Shown: positions 18,075 to 25,754 of the stretch, in pieces
Layout of the letters: each line of letters starts with the position of its first letter
Numbering within the stretch: the stretch's first letter is position 1
NCBI GenBank assembly: GCA_045631675.1
Contig: JAZQVF010000102.1
Location: 315-64,314, forward strand
Source of the DNA: Candidatus Stercoripulliclostridium sp.
GTDB taxonomy: Bacteria; Bacillota; Clostridia; Christensenellales; DTU072
Direction: 5' to 3'
Length of the DNA: 64,000 nt
Translations under genes and position numbers: made by a program
Notes under the pieces: model-generated
The model's input: the letters and a program-made list of their open reading frames with translations, nothing else
Told to the model about the DNA's origin: nothing
Database searches by the model: none

Positions 18075-19176
18075 AAAAATCTCCTGTCTTTCCAAATAAG
18101 GTTTGAGATATTTTCTCTTTAAGTAATTCAATTCCCATTCCTGTTTTTGCACTTATCATAACTACGTTCTCTGCGCCAGGCAATGGAGCAGTTTCATCTC
18201 TTTCAACATCCATCTTATTGAGAACAACAATGATAGGTGTGTTCTCAACACCAATTGAACTTAGAACTTCGTTAACAACATCGTATTGCATAGTTGCATC
18301 TGCGTTTGATCCATCAACAACGTGAAGAATAAGATCTGAATACTTTGTCTCTTCTAAAGTTGATCTGAAAGCCCTTACGAATTCGTGTGGTAACTTTGAA
18401 ATAAATCCAACTGTATCTACAAGCAAAAACTCTTTGCCTAAACCAAGCCACATCTTACGAGATATAGGGTCTAATGTTGCAAACAATTTATTTTCTTCTA
18501 AAACCCCTGCTTTTGTCATAGCATTCATCAAAGTTGATTTACCTGCATTAGTATAACCAACCAAAGAAACAGTTTTAACCTTATTCTTTAAATGCTTTTC
18601 TCTACGTAATGCTCTTTCTTTAGATAGTTTTTCTATACGCTCCTCAAGGTCACGAATTTCAGCACGTATCGTACGCTTATCTAATTCTTGTTGCTGTTCA
18701 CCACCACCACGGCGAGCGCCCATTCCACCGCCACCACCGCCACCTTGGCGTGAAAGTACTAAACCTTGTCCAAGCACTCTTGGAAGCATCTTACGTTTTC
18801 TCATCAACTCAACTTGAAGTTTTCCTTCGTTAGATGTTGCATGGCGAGCAAATATCTCTATAATTAAGGTAGCCCTATCCATCACCGTTACACCCAATTC
18901 TTCTTCAAGATTATTAAGTTGTGTACCACTCAGTTCATTATCAAATATTATAACCTCGCATTCCGTTGCTTCAGCTACGGATTTTAACTCCATTACCTTT
19001 CCCGTACCTAAATAATACGCTTTATCAGGATGTTCCTTATGTTGAGTCAAAATTGCCCTTACTTCGTAGCCCGCAGTATTAGCAAGCAAAGAAAGTTCCT
19101 CAAGAGGTTTCTCGAGGTCTTTCTCTATTCCTACGTTAACCAAAACGGCACCAGGTTGTACTACTTCTTCTATCAC
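18049..19176 (-). CDS. hflX: ribosome-associated GTPase HflX (short form)
   Basis: 375 aa. G1 GYTNAGKST, G3 DTVGF, G4 NKMD. N-terminal HflX domain with a glycine-rich loop. GTG start with AGAGGA SD. Confidence 0.85.
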   Translation of the reverse strand: MIEEVVQPGAVLVNVGIEKDLEKPLEELSLLANTAGYEVRAILTQHKEHPDKAYYLGTGKVMELKSVAEATECEVIIFDNELSGTQLNNLEEELGVTVMDRATLIIEIFARHATSNEGKLQVELMRKRKMLPRVLGQGLVLSRQGGGGGGGMGARRGGGEQQQELDKRTIRAEIRDLEERIEKLSKERALRREKHLKNKVKTVSLVGYTNAGKSTLMNAMTKAGVLEENKLFATLDPISRKMWLGLGKEFLLVDTVGFISKLPHEFVRAFRSTLEETKYSDLILHVVDGSNADATMQYDVVNEVLSSIGVENTPIIVVLNKMDVERDETAPLPGAENVVMISAKTGMGIELLKEKISQTLFGKTGDFYESFNNKW

Positions 19177-19180
19177 TGAA

Positions 19181-20389
19181 TTATCCTCTAATTTGTTGAT
19201 ACATGGACTCCATTTCTTCTTTACCCATAAACTTTGGTACTGGATACAATGGATTTGCTTCTTTCAATGCGTGGTTAACAAGCCATGGTATGTCTTCATC
19301 TTGAATCTTGCCTTCAACGAATTTAGGTATATTCATATATTCATTCATGTCCTTAATCGCTTGAACAAAATTCAATGCTTTTTCAGTCACTGTCGCACCG
19401 TCAATCCCCGCAAAGTCAGCAAGTTTAGCAAGTGATTCGTGGCAACTATCACCAAAATAATCCAATACGTGGGGAAGGATAATAGCATTAGCAAGACCAT
19501 GAGGGATTCCATATTTGCCACCAAGGGAGTGAGCTATTGCGTGAACGTAGCCAACGTAAGCCCTTGTAAAGGCACATCCTGCGTGATATGCTGCCTCTTG
19601 CATCTTTTGTCGTGCTTCAATATCTGAACCCTCATCATAGGCCTTCTTTAGATATTTAAATATTAGTTCAACTGCAATTTCAGCTTCTTTTCTTGTAAAG
19701 TCAGTATTGCTTAAGCCGATATATGCTTCTACTGCGTGAGTTAAAGCATCCATACCCGTTGTAGAAGTAATATGTTTTGGAAGTGAAACTGTAAGTTCTG
19801 GATCTAAAACTGCATAATTAGGTATTATGCTTGGGTCATTAATTGGATATTTATCGTGTGTTTTAGGATCAGTAATAACTGCCGCAAGGGTTGCCTCACT
19901 GCCCGTACCAGAGGTAGTAGGTACTGCAAAGAAAGGAGGTATTTTCTTTAATATTTTAAGTAATCCTTTCATTTTGCTTACTGGTTTATTAGGGCAAACT
20001 GCTCTTGCTGCCACTATCTTTGCACAGTCCATCGGAGATCCGCCACCAAAGGCTACAATAGCTTCGCATTCGTTTTCTTTATATAGTTTTAGTGCATCTT
20101 CAATATTATCAATAGTAGGATTGGGAACAACGTCGCTATAAACAACGTATTTTAGGCCAATCTTATCCATCTCCTCAAGCATTGGAGGAACAAGACCTAA
20201 TTTCATAAGCATATTATCCGTAACTACTAAAACAGACTTAAGTCCCTTGTCCTTTATGAAAGTAGGCAATTCTTTAATGCTACCGGCTCCTGTTATCAAT
20301 TCTGGAACTCTCCAAGGTAACACGTAAGTGGTTGCAAGTTTAAAAATTCTTTGATAAGTGCGATAATAAAATTTAGTTAATCCGTTCAT
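19181..20389 (-). CDS. iron-containing (group III) alcohol dehydrogenase
   Basis: GGGSPMDCAK and the His cluster HAIAHSLGGKYGIPHG. I prefer ATG 20389 (MNGLTKF..., GGAGGA SD) over the track start at 20401. Confidence 0.85.
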   Translation of the reverse strand: MNGLTKFYYRTYQRIFKLATTYVLPWRVPELITGAGSIKELPTFIKDKGLKSVLVVTDNMLMKLGLVPPMLEEMDKIGLKYVVYSDVVPNPTIDNIEDALKLYKENECEAIVAFGGGSPMDCAKIVAARAVCPNKPVSKMKGLLKILKKIPPFFAVPTTSGTGSEATLAAVITDPKTHDKYPINDPSIIPNYAVLDPELTVSLPKHITSTTGMDALTHAVEAYIGLSNTDFTRKEAEIAVELIFKYLKKAYDEGSDIEARQKMQEAAYHAGCAFTRAYVGYVHAIAHSLGGKYGIPHGLANAIILPHVLDYFGDSCHESLAKLADFAGIDGATVTEKALNFVQAIKDMNEYMNIPKFVEGKIQDEDIPWLVNHALKEANPLYPVPKFMGKEEMESMYQQIRG

Positions 20390-20400
20390 GTTTTCCTCCA

Positions 20401-21627
20401 TTATTTATCCAAGTTATATAAGCCCGATGCTTTTTCCATTCTATTTGCATATTTACCACGAGTGAAATCGGGTATTAATTGTGGAGCACTTCCTTCTTTG
20501 ATTGAAATCTCACTTAAAGGAGTAATTACCATCCAAGAAGCCGTATCGTATGCATCAATGGGCATATACGTCTCATTTTGTATTGCTTCTATAAACGCTC
20601 TCAATACAAGATAGTCCATACCTCCATGACCGCCACGCACACCTTTGCGTTTAAACCATTGCCATATTGGATGTCTATATTTGCGTGCATATTTCCTTCC
20701 GTTATTCCAAAGTGGCTTACCATAAAATTCATACACTTTGGGTAAACCATCCTTAAATAGTAGGTTGTTATCTTCTTGATACATTGCTTTCGTACCTCTA
20801 ACGGTAAAACCACGAGAATAAGTACGTGGTAGAGTAGTATCTAAAGTTAAAGTTATAGTTTCTCCGTTAAGACATTTAATTACGGTAGTAACGATATCTC
20901 CTTGTTTAAATTCTGCATTTTTTAGTTCAGGATTTGAGGCTTTACCATCTCTAATATATTGATTTAAACCCTTTGCACATGAAGAAGTTGAAGTTAGGCT
21001 AATCATTAGATTTCCACGATTAATATCCAAAATCTTAGAAATAGGTCCTAATTCGTGAGTAGGATAATTTTCACAATTCCTATTTAGATAGTTGTGTAGT
21101 CTATAATGCCTATTTTCTTTTCCGTGAGTTATTTCCTCTCTTAAGTCGTGTTGATAGCCACCAGAGCAATGAACAACGTCGCCAAACAAGCCTTGACGTA
21201 CCATATTAAGCACCATCAATTCATATTGTCCATAACAACAATTTTCAAGCATCATAATGGGTGTTCCCGTTCTTTCATAAGCATCAACTATTGCCCAACA
21301 ATCTTCAACGCAATATGCACCACCTACCTCAAGACCTACTATGATCCCCTTTTCCATTGCCTCAACGGCAACTTTAACGTGATCTTCCCAACTACAGAAT
21401 ATAAACAAAGTATTGATTTCACTCATGTTTAAGATATCTTTGTAGTCTTGAGTTTGTAAGGGTTTGTTTTTCATGGCTTTTTCAACCATTTTAGCGCCAT
21501 CTTCCGTACGATCCTTATACAAATCACATACTGCAAGTATTTCTATATCTTTCATTTTAACGAGTTGTTTGAGTAAACCTATACCACGGCCACCCAAACC
21601 CACAATACCTGCCTTAACGGTTTTCAT
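20401..21627 (-). CDS. Gfo/Idh/MocA-family NAD-dependent oxidoreductase, GH109-like
   Basis: N-terminal Rossmann motif KAGIVGLGGRGIG. Length and C-terminal domain resemble GH109 / glycosidase-like oxidoreductases. Trimmed to ATG 21627 (AGGAGA SD), which overlaps the upstream kinase gene by 14 nt. Confidence 0.6.
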   Translation of the reverse strand: MKTVKAGIVGLGGRGIGLLKQLVKMKDIEILAVCDLYKDRTEDGAKMVEKAMKNKPLQTQDYKDILNMSEINTLFIFCSWEDHVKVAVEAMEKGIIVGLEVGGAYCVEDCWAIVDAYERTGTPIMMLENCCYGQYELMVLNMVRQGLFGDVVHCSGGYQHDLREEITHGKENRHYRLHNYLNRNCENYPTHELGPISKILDINRGNLMISLTSTSSCAKGLNQYIRDGKASNPELKNAEFKQGDIVTTVIKCLNGETITLTLDTTLPRTYSRGFTVRGTKAMYQEDNNLLFKDGLPKVYEFYGKPLWNNGRKYARKYRHPIWQWFKRKGVRGGHGGMDYLVLRAFIEAIQNETYMPIDAYDTASWMVITPLSEISIKEGSAPQLIPDFTRGKYANRMEKASGLYNLDK

Positions 21628-22519
21628 CGCATTCTCCTTTATAAAACTCATTTATATATTCTTGAATGGCGTCTCGCTTAACTTGTAGCGCACCTGGCTT
21701 CTCCATTTTTAAAGACACCGTTGCCGTTGCCCATAGTAATGAAGTGGGAATATCGTTTGAAAGCCTTTCAGTAATATATGCTGCAAACGTCGTATCACCC
21801 CTTCCACTTCTTCCTGAAAGATTTCTCGCCTTAATTGGACAAGTATAAAAATCCTTGCCATCGTATGCTAAAACTTCTGTATTATGAGTTATACAAATTT
21901 CTTTTGCGCCCCAGTCATACAACATTTTTGCAGCCTCTTTTCTATCTTTACAACCAGTAAGAATTTCAGCTTCAGCGGCATCTGTTTTAAGGAAATCAAT
22001 ATATGGCAATAATTCTTTTTTATCAGACCAATCTTCAAAGTACATTCTTCCGCCATCTTCTCTATCTTGATGACGAAGCGTTGCTTGTACGTCTACTGCT
22101 ACTTTGCCTCGTTTTGAAAGTGCTTTAATCAACTCTCCATCAAAATCTCCATATATCAAGCCAGCAAAGTGATAGATATCACTTTCTACGTTTGGTATAT
22201 CGCCTAAAACAAATGGATCTGCTTGACTAATGCAGGTGCATGCCCTACGCTCTTTATCGGCAGTAAAGTATTTATTTCTTATAGAAGTTGAATATTCTGA
22301 ATCAGTTACGTAAATGTCTTCTTTAGGAATAACCAAGGCATTTAGGCGCTCGCTATCCTTTGATGAAAGTTTAGTAACTGCTCCTACTTTATGCCCCAAC
22401 GCATAAGCTGACGCCGAGGAATAGATGACAGCGCCACCAATTTCAATAATTTGATTATCTAAATAATCGATATTATAATCAAGTGAAATATGGCCTATGG
22501 TCAAAACGTCATACTTCAT
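21614..22519 (-). CDS. PfkB-family carbohydrate kinase (substrate unknown)
   Basis: 301 aa. Ribokinase-like fold signatures, including C-terminal GRSGRGDTTFAAYI (GxGD anion hole). Confidence 0.75.
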   Translation of the reverse strand: MKYDVLTIGHISLDYNIDYLDNQIIEIGGAVIYSSASAYALGHKVGAVTKLSSKDSERLNALVIPKEDIYVTDSEYSTSIRNKYFTADKERRACTCISQADPFVLGDIPNVESDIYHFAGLIYGDFDGELIKALSKRGKVAVDVQATLRHQDREDGGRMYFEDWSDKKELLPYIDFLKTDAAEAEILTGCKDRKEAAKMLYDWGAKEICITHNTEVLAYDGKDFYTCPIKARNLSGRSGRGDTTFAAYITERLSNDIPTSLLWATATVSLKMEKPGALQVKRDAIQEYINEFYKGECDENR

Positions 22520-22520
22520 A

Positions 22521-23096
22521 CTATTTTTCCTCGCTAACTTCTTCTGCTACAACCTCTACTGACTCTTCGGCCGCAGTGCCTTCAACCTTTTTTTCTTTCT
22601 TTTTGGTCATAATTACGAACTTATCCATTACGAACATAACTATAAAGCTAATAAATGAACCAAGAAGTTTACCAATGGTTGTACCAAATTCTTTTAGAGA
22701 TTCACCAAGAAGATTTGATAATGCACCACCCAACCAAGTGCTGAATATGATTAGAGCCACAACGGTTATAACATAAGTTACAATACTGAAAACGATATTA
22801 TTATCTGCTTCAAAATTCTTTTTACGGTTAATTATAAATGAAATAATTTCTGCAACACATTTTGAAACAAGGAATGCTATAAAGCCAGCAAGACCAAAAG
22901 CGCCCTCTTTACCGCCTTTATATTCAAATAAAAACCACTTAAAGTCTTCTTGACCACAAGCATTATATAAACCGAATTGTAGTGCGTAGAAAATAGCATA
23001 TTCTGCGGCAAACGCAATAAGGCTAATTCCTATAAATTTAACGATTTGTAGTATATCTTTGTGAGATAACAACCAATTTTTCACTTTAGCTAACAT
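22521..23096 (-). CDS. GtrA-like small membrane protein with acidic C-terminal tail
   Basis: 191 aa with four hydrophobic helices in a GtrA-like arrangement. The tail is KKKEKKVEGTAAEESVEVVAEEVSEEK. Confidence 0.5.
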   Translation of the reverse strand: MLAKVKNWLLSHKDILQIVKFIGISLIAFAAEYAIFYALQFGLYNACGQEDFKWFLFEYKGGKEGAFGLAGFIAFLVSKCVAEIISFIINRKKNFEADNNIVFSIVTYVITVVALIIFSTWLGGALSNLLGESLKEFGTTIGKLLGSFISFIVMFVMDKFVIMTKKKEKKVEGTAAEESVEVVAEEVSEEK

Positions 23097-23117
23097 ATTA
23101 TTTCTCCTTGTAAAACT

Positions 23118-24137
23118 TTATCTTTTAATTCTTCCACTGCCATCACCATTGGCAAGTTTTTCAACTTCACTAACAGATACGCGGTTATAATCGCCCTCAA
23201 CAGAGTGTTTTAGCGCACTCGCTGCAACGGCAAACTCTATGGCATCTTGAGATGGTTTGCCACTCAAAAGCGAATAGATTAACCCACCGCCAAATGAATC
23301 TCCACCACCAACTCTATCAACAATATGAAGATGATAATTCTTTGAAAAGTAATATCCCTCTCCATCATATAACATTCCTGCCCAATCATTATCATTTGCA
23401 GAAATAGAAGTACGTAGTGTTATAGCAACCTTTTCAAAGCCAAAGGTGTCTGCCAATTGTTTTGCAACCGACTTATATCCTTCATGATTTAATTTGCCAC
23501 CATAAATATCAGTGCCTTCTGCTTCAATGCCAAATACGTCTTTAGCATCTTCTTCATTAGAAATGCAAACGTCAATGTATTTTGCAAGTTTGGTCATGGT
23601 TTCACGGGCTTCTTCCCTCGTCCACAACTTACCACGATAATTAAGGTCACAAGAAATCTTTACCCCTTTAGCCTTTGCCACACGGCATGCTTCAACACAA
23701 ATCTCTGCAACGTTTTTACCAAGTGCGGGTGTAATTCCTGTAAAATGGAACCAATCAGCGCCATCAAAAATGCTATCCCAATCAAAATCTTTTATCGTTG
23801 CTTCAGCAATAGCAGAGTGTGCTCTGTCATATATACATACACTACCACGTTGAGAAGCACCTTTTTCCAAATAGTAAATACCTACCCTATTTCCACCACG
23901 AACAATTTTTGATGTATCAACACCAAAATAACGCAATGAATCTACTGCGCCTTGTCCTATTGCGTGTTTAGGAAGTTTGGTAACGTAAACGGAATCAAAA
24001 CCATAATTTGCAAGAGATACTGCTACGTTGGCTTCGCCTCCTCCAAAAGTTGCTTGCATTTGATCGTTTTGAAAAAAACGATAGTATCCGTTTGGAGCAA
24101 GTCTTAGCATTAATTCACCAAAAGTTACAACTTTCAT
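23118..24137 (-). CDS. kdgK: 2-dehydro-3-deoxygluconokinase
   Basis: Trimmed to ATG 24137 (GGAGGA SD inside the eda 3' end), giving MKVVTFGELMLRLAP, which is typical of KdgK. GGGDSFGGG motif. Directly follows eda. Confidence 0.85.
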   Translation of the reverse strand: MKVVTFGELMLRLAPNGYYRFFQNDQMQATFGGGEANVAVSLANYGFDSVYVTKLPKHAIGQGAVDSLRYFGVDTSKIVRGGNRVGIYYLEKGASQRGSVCIYDRAHSAIAEATIKDFDWDSIFDGADWFHFTGITPALGKNVAEICVEACRVAKAKGVKISCDLNYRGKLWTREEARETMTKLAKYIDVCISNEEDAKDVFGIEAEGTDIYGGKLNHEGYKSVAKQLADTFGFEKVAITLRTSISANDNDWAGMLYDGEGYYFSKNYHLHIVDRVGGGDSFGGGLIYSLLSGKPSQDAIEFAVAASALKHSVEGDYNRVSVSEVEKLANGDGSGRIKR

Positions 24138-24139
24138 AA

Positions 24140-24769
24140 CTATCCTCCAATAACCGCACAAGCTTCTTTACAGATTTTAATTATTTCATCAAATTTACCT
24201 TCTTTGACCAAGCTGTCTTTTACCATCCAACTTCCACCACAAGCAATTATAGATTTAACTGCAAGATATTCATTAATGTTATTTGCATTTATGCCACCCG
24301 TTGGAATAAATACGATATCATTAAATGGTGCACTTAAAGCCTTAATGGTAGAAACTCCACCATAGTTTGAAGCAGGGAAAAACTTAATGATTTTATGACC
24401 AGCACTAATTGCTGCCATAATTTCAGTAGGTGTTACACATCCTGGTACATAAGCTACGTTATACTTATTGCAAACGTCACTTATATCTTTACCAAAGCCA
24501 GGTGAAACTATAAATTTTGCCCCATTTTCAATGGCTAGTTGTGCCTGAGATGCATTTATAACCGTACCAGCACCAATAAGCATTTTATCGCCAAAATTTT
24601 CAACAGCAATCTTAATTGCATCTGCTGCACAAGATGTACGGAAGGTAATTTCTGCAATAAGAATCCCACCCTCACATAAAGCATCCATTAAAGGAAGAGT
24701 GTCTTTAACGTTATCAATCTTTACTACGGGAACAATTTTAATGTTCTCAATAGTTTCTCTTGCATTCAT
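24140..24769 (-). CDS. eda: KDPG/KHG aldolase
   Basis: 209 aa. Class I aldolase pattern: VPVVKI...EITFRT...GAGTV...VSPG...KFFPA...GG. Confidence 0.9.
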   Translation of the reverse strand: MNARETIENIKIVPVVKIDNVKDTLPLMDALCEGGILIAEITFRTSCAADAIKIAVENFGDKMLIGAGTVINASQAQLAIENGAKFIVSPGFGKDISDVCNKYNVAYVPGCVTPTEIMAAISAGHKIIKFFPASNYGGVSTIKALSAPFNDIVFIPTGGINANNINEYLAVKSIIACGGSWMVKDSLVKEGKFDEIIKICKEACAVIGG

Positions 24770-24806
24770 TTGACTAAAGGTCTCCTTAAATAATAATTAT
24801 ATAATA

Positions 24807-24835
24807 ATTATACTATTGTATATATTATAAGTCAA
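24807..24835 (-). promoter_or_regulatory. promoter of the eda...isf operon (TTGACT, 17 nt, TATAAT)
   Basis: Minus strand reads ttgacttataatatatacaatagtataat, about 40 nt upstream of the eda ATG. Confidence 0.5.
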
Positions 24836-24918
24836 TAATTAATTTCATCTTGATGCGACACTAAAAAGTGGGTGAAATAAAATTTGCAAAAAAGGTTTCA
24901 TTAATTATAAAAAATTGT

Positions 24919-24947
24919 TTGACAATAATTTTAAAAGTGAGTATACT
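24919..24947 (+). promoter_or_regulatory. tRNA-cluster promoter (TTGACA, 17 nt, TATACT) with GC-rich discriminator
   Basis: ttgacaataattttaaaagtgagtatact followed by aaataaGCGCGtgtg. Confidence 0.6.
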
Positions 24948-24977
24948 AAATAAGCGCGTGTGATATCCGTAAAGTTT

Positions 24978-25051
24978 GCGGGTGTAGTTCAATGGTAGAA
25001 CACCAGCCTTCCAAGCTGGTTGCGTGGGTCCGATTCCCATCACCCGCTCCA
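24978..25051 (+). tRNA. tRNA-Gly (anticodon UCC), CCA encoded
   Basis: Hand-folded cloverleaf: acceptor GCGGGTG/CACCCGC, anticodon loop CUUCCAA. The T-loop reads TCCGATT (C at position 55). Confidence 0.9.
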
Positions 25052-25062
25052 ACGTATGGTTT

Positions 25063-25139
25063 GGATCAGTAGCTCAGTAGGATAGAGCAACGGCCTTCTA
25101 AGCCGTAGGTCGGGGGTTCGAATCCCTCCTGGTTCACCA
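25063..25139 (+). tRNA. tRNA-Arg (anticodon UCU), CCA encoded
   Basis: Acceptor GGATCAG/CTGGTTC, anticodon loop CUUCUAA, T-loop TTCGAAT. Confidence 0.9.
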
Positions 25140-25186
25140 AAACACGCATCGGGCAACTTTACAATAGATGACTCGCAAATTAACGC

Positions 25187-25264
25187 GGTGGGTATAGTTC
25201 AGGTGGCTAGAATGCCAGATTGTGGCTCTGGAGGTCGTGGGTTCAAGTCCCACTACTCACCCCA
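25187..25264 (+). tRNA. tRNA-His (anticodon GUG) with encoded G-1, CCA encoded
   Basis: Extra 5' G opposite discriminator C. Anticodon loop UUGUGGC. Confidence 0.9.
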
Positions 25265-25275
25265 CAAAGCGTTAT

Positions 25276-25350
25276 AGGGGTGTCGCCAAGCGGTAAGGCA
25301 CGGGACTTTGACTCCCGCATTCGTAGGTTCGAATCCTGCCACCCCTGCCA
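25276..25350 (+). tRNA. tRNA-Gln (anticodon UUG), CCA encoded
   Basis: Acceptor AGGGGTG/CACCCCT, anticodon loop CUUUGAC. Confidence 0.9.
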
Positions 25351-25382
25351 AAATTTGCCCGATATTTGTGAGTCATCGCTAA

Positions 25383-25458
25383 GATCCATTAGCTCAGTCG
25401 GTAGAGCACTTGACTTTTAATCAAGGTGTCCGGAGTTCGAATCTCCGATGGATCACCA
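25383..25458 (+). tRNA. tRNA-Lys (anticodon UUU), CCA encoded
   Basis: Acceptor GATCCAT/ATGGATC, anticodon loop CUUUUAA. Confidence 0.9.
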
Positions 25459-25488
25459 ACAAGGGGGATGTTAAATCCCCTATTGTAT

Positions 25489-25572
25489 GCGACCGTGGCG
25501 GAATTGGCAGACGCGCTAGACTTAGGATCTAGTCTCTATGAGGTGGGAGTTCAAGTCTCTTCGGTCGCACCA
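25489..25572 (+). tRNA. tRNA-Leu (anticodon UAG), long variable arm, CCA encoded
   Basis: Acceptor GCGACCG/CGGTCGC, anticodon loop CUUAGGA, class II variable arm. Confidence 0.9.
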
Positions 25573-25575
25573 AGG

Positions 25576-25604
25576 AATGGAACAGTGGATGTTCCATTTT
25601 TTAT
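25576..25604 (+). terminator. terminator-like hairpin inside the tRNA cluster
   Basis: AATGGAACA-gtgga-TGTTCCATT followed by a T-run (TTTTTTAT), between tRNA-Leu and tRNA-Ala. Confidence 0.55.
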
Positions 25605-25618
25605 TTCAATAAATCTAC

Positions 25619-25694
25619 GGGCTCGTAGCACAGTTGGTAGTGCGTTCGGTTCGCAACCGAGAGGTCGAGAGTTCAAGTCTCTTCGAGTCCACCA
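25619..25694 (+). tRNA. tRNA-Ala (anticodon CGC), CCA encoded
   Basis: Acceptor GGGCTCG/CGAGTCC with the G3:U70 identity pair. Anticodon loop UUCGCAA. Confidence 0.85.
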
Positions 25695-25700
25695 TAAAAT

Positions 25701-25726
25701 AAAACGACAGGCAAACCTGTCGTTTT
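25701..25726. terminator. bidirectional terminator (tRNA cluster / sdaA)
   Basis: AAAACGACAGG-caaa-CCTGTCGTTTT. Confidence 0.8.
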
Positions 25727-25754
25727 ATAATACCAAAATAATAGTTTCCTTCTC

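Noticed and set aside
18700-18760. GC-rich CCACCGCCACC repeat as a possible noncoding repeat or G-quadruplex element
   Set aside because: It is simply the coding sequence of the poly-glycine loop of HflX, in frame. It is reported instead as a protein-level oddity.
25464-25480. Small hairpin GGGGA-tgttaaa-TCCCC between tRNA-Lys and tRNA-Leu
   Set aside because: It is a short stem without a U-run. It is most likely just inter-tRNA spacer structure or a processing site and is not distinctive.
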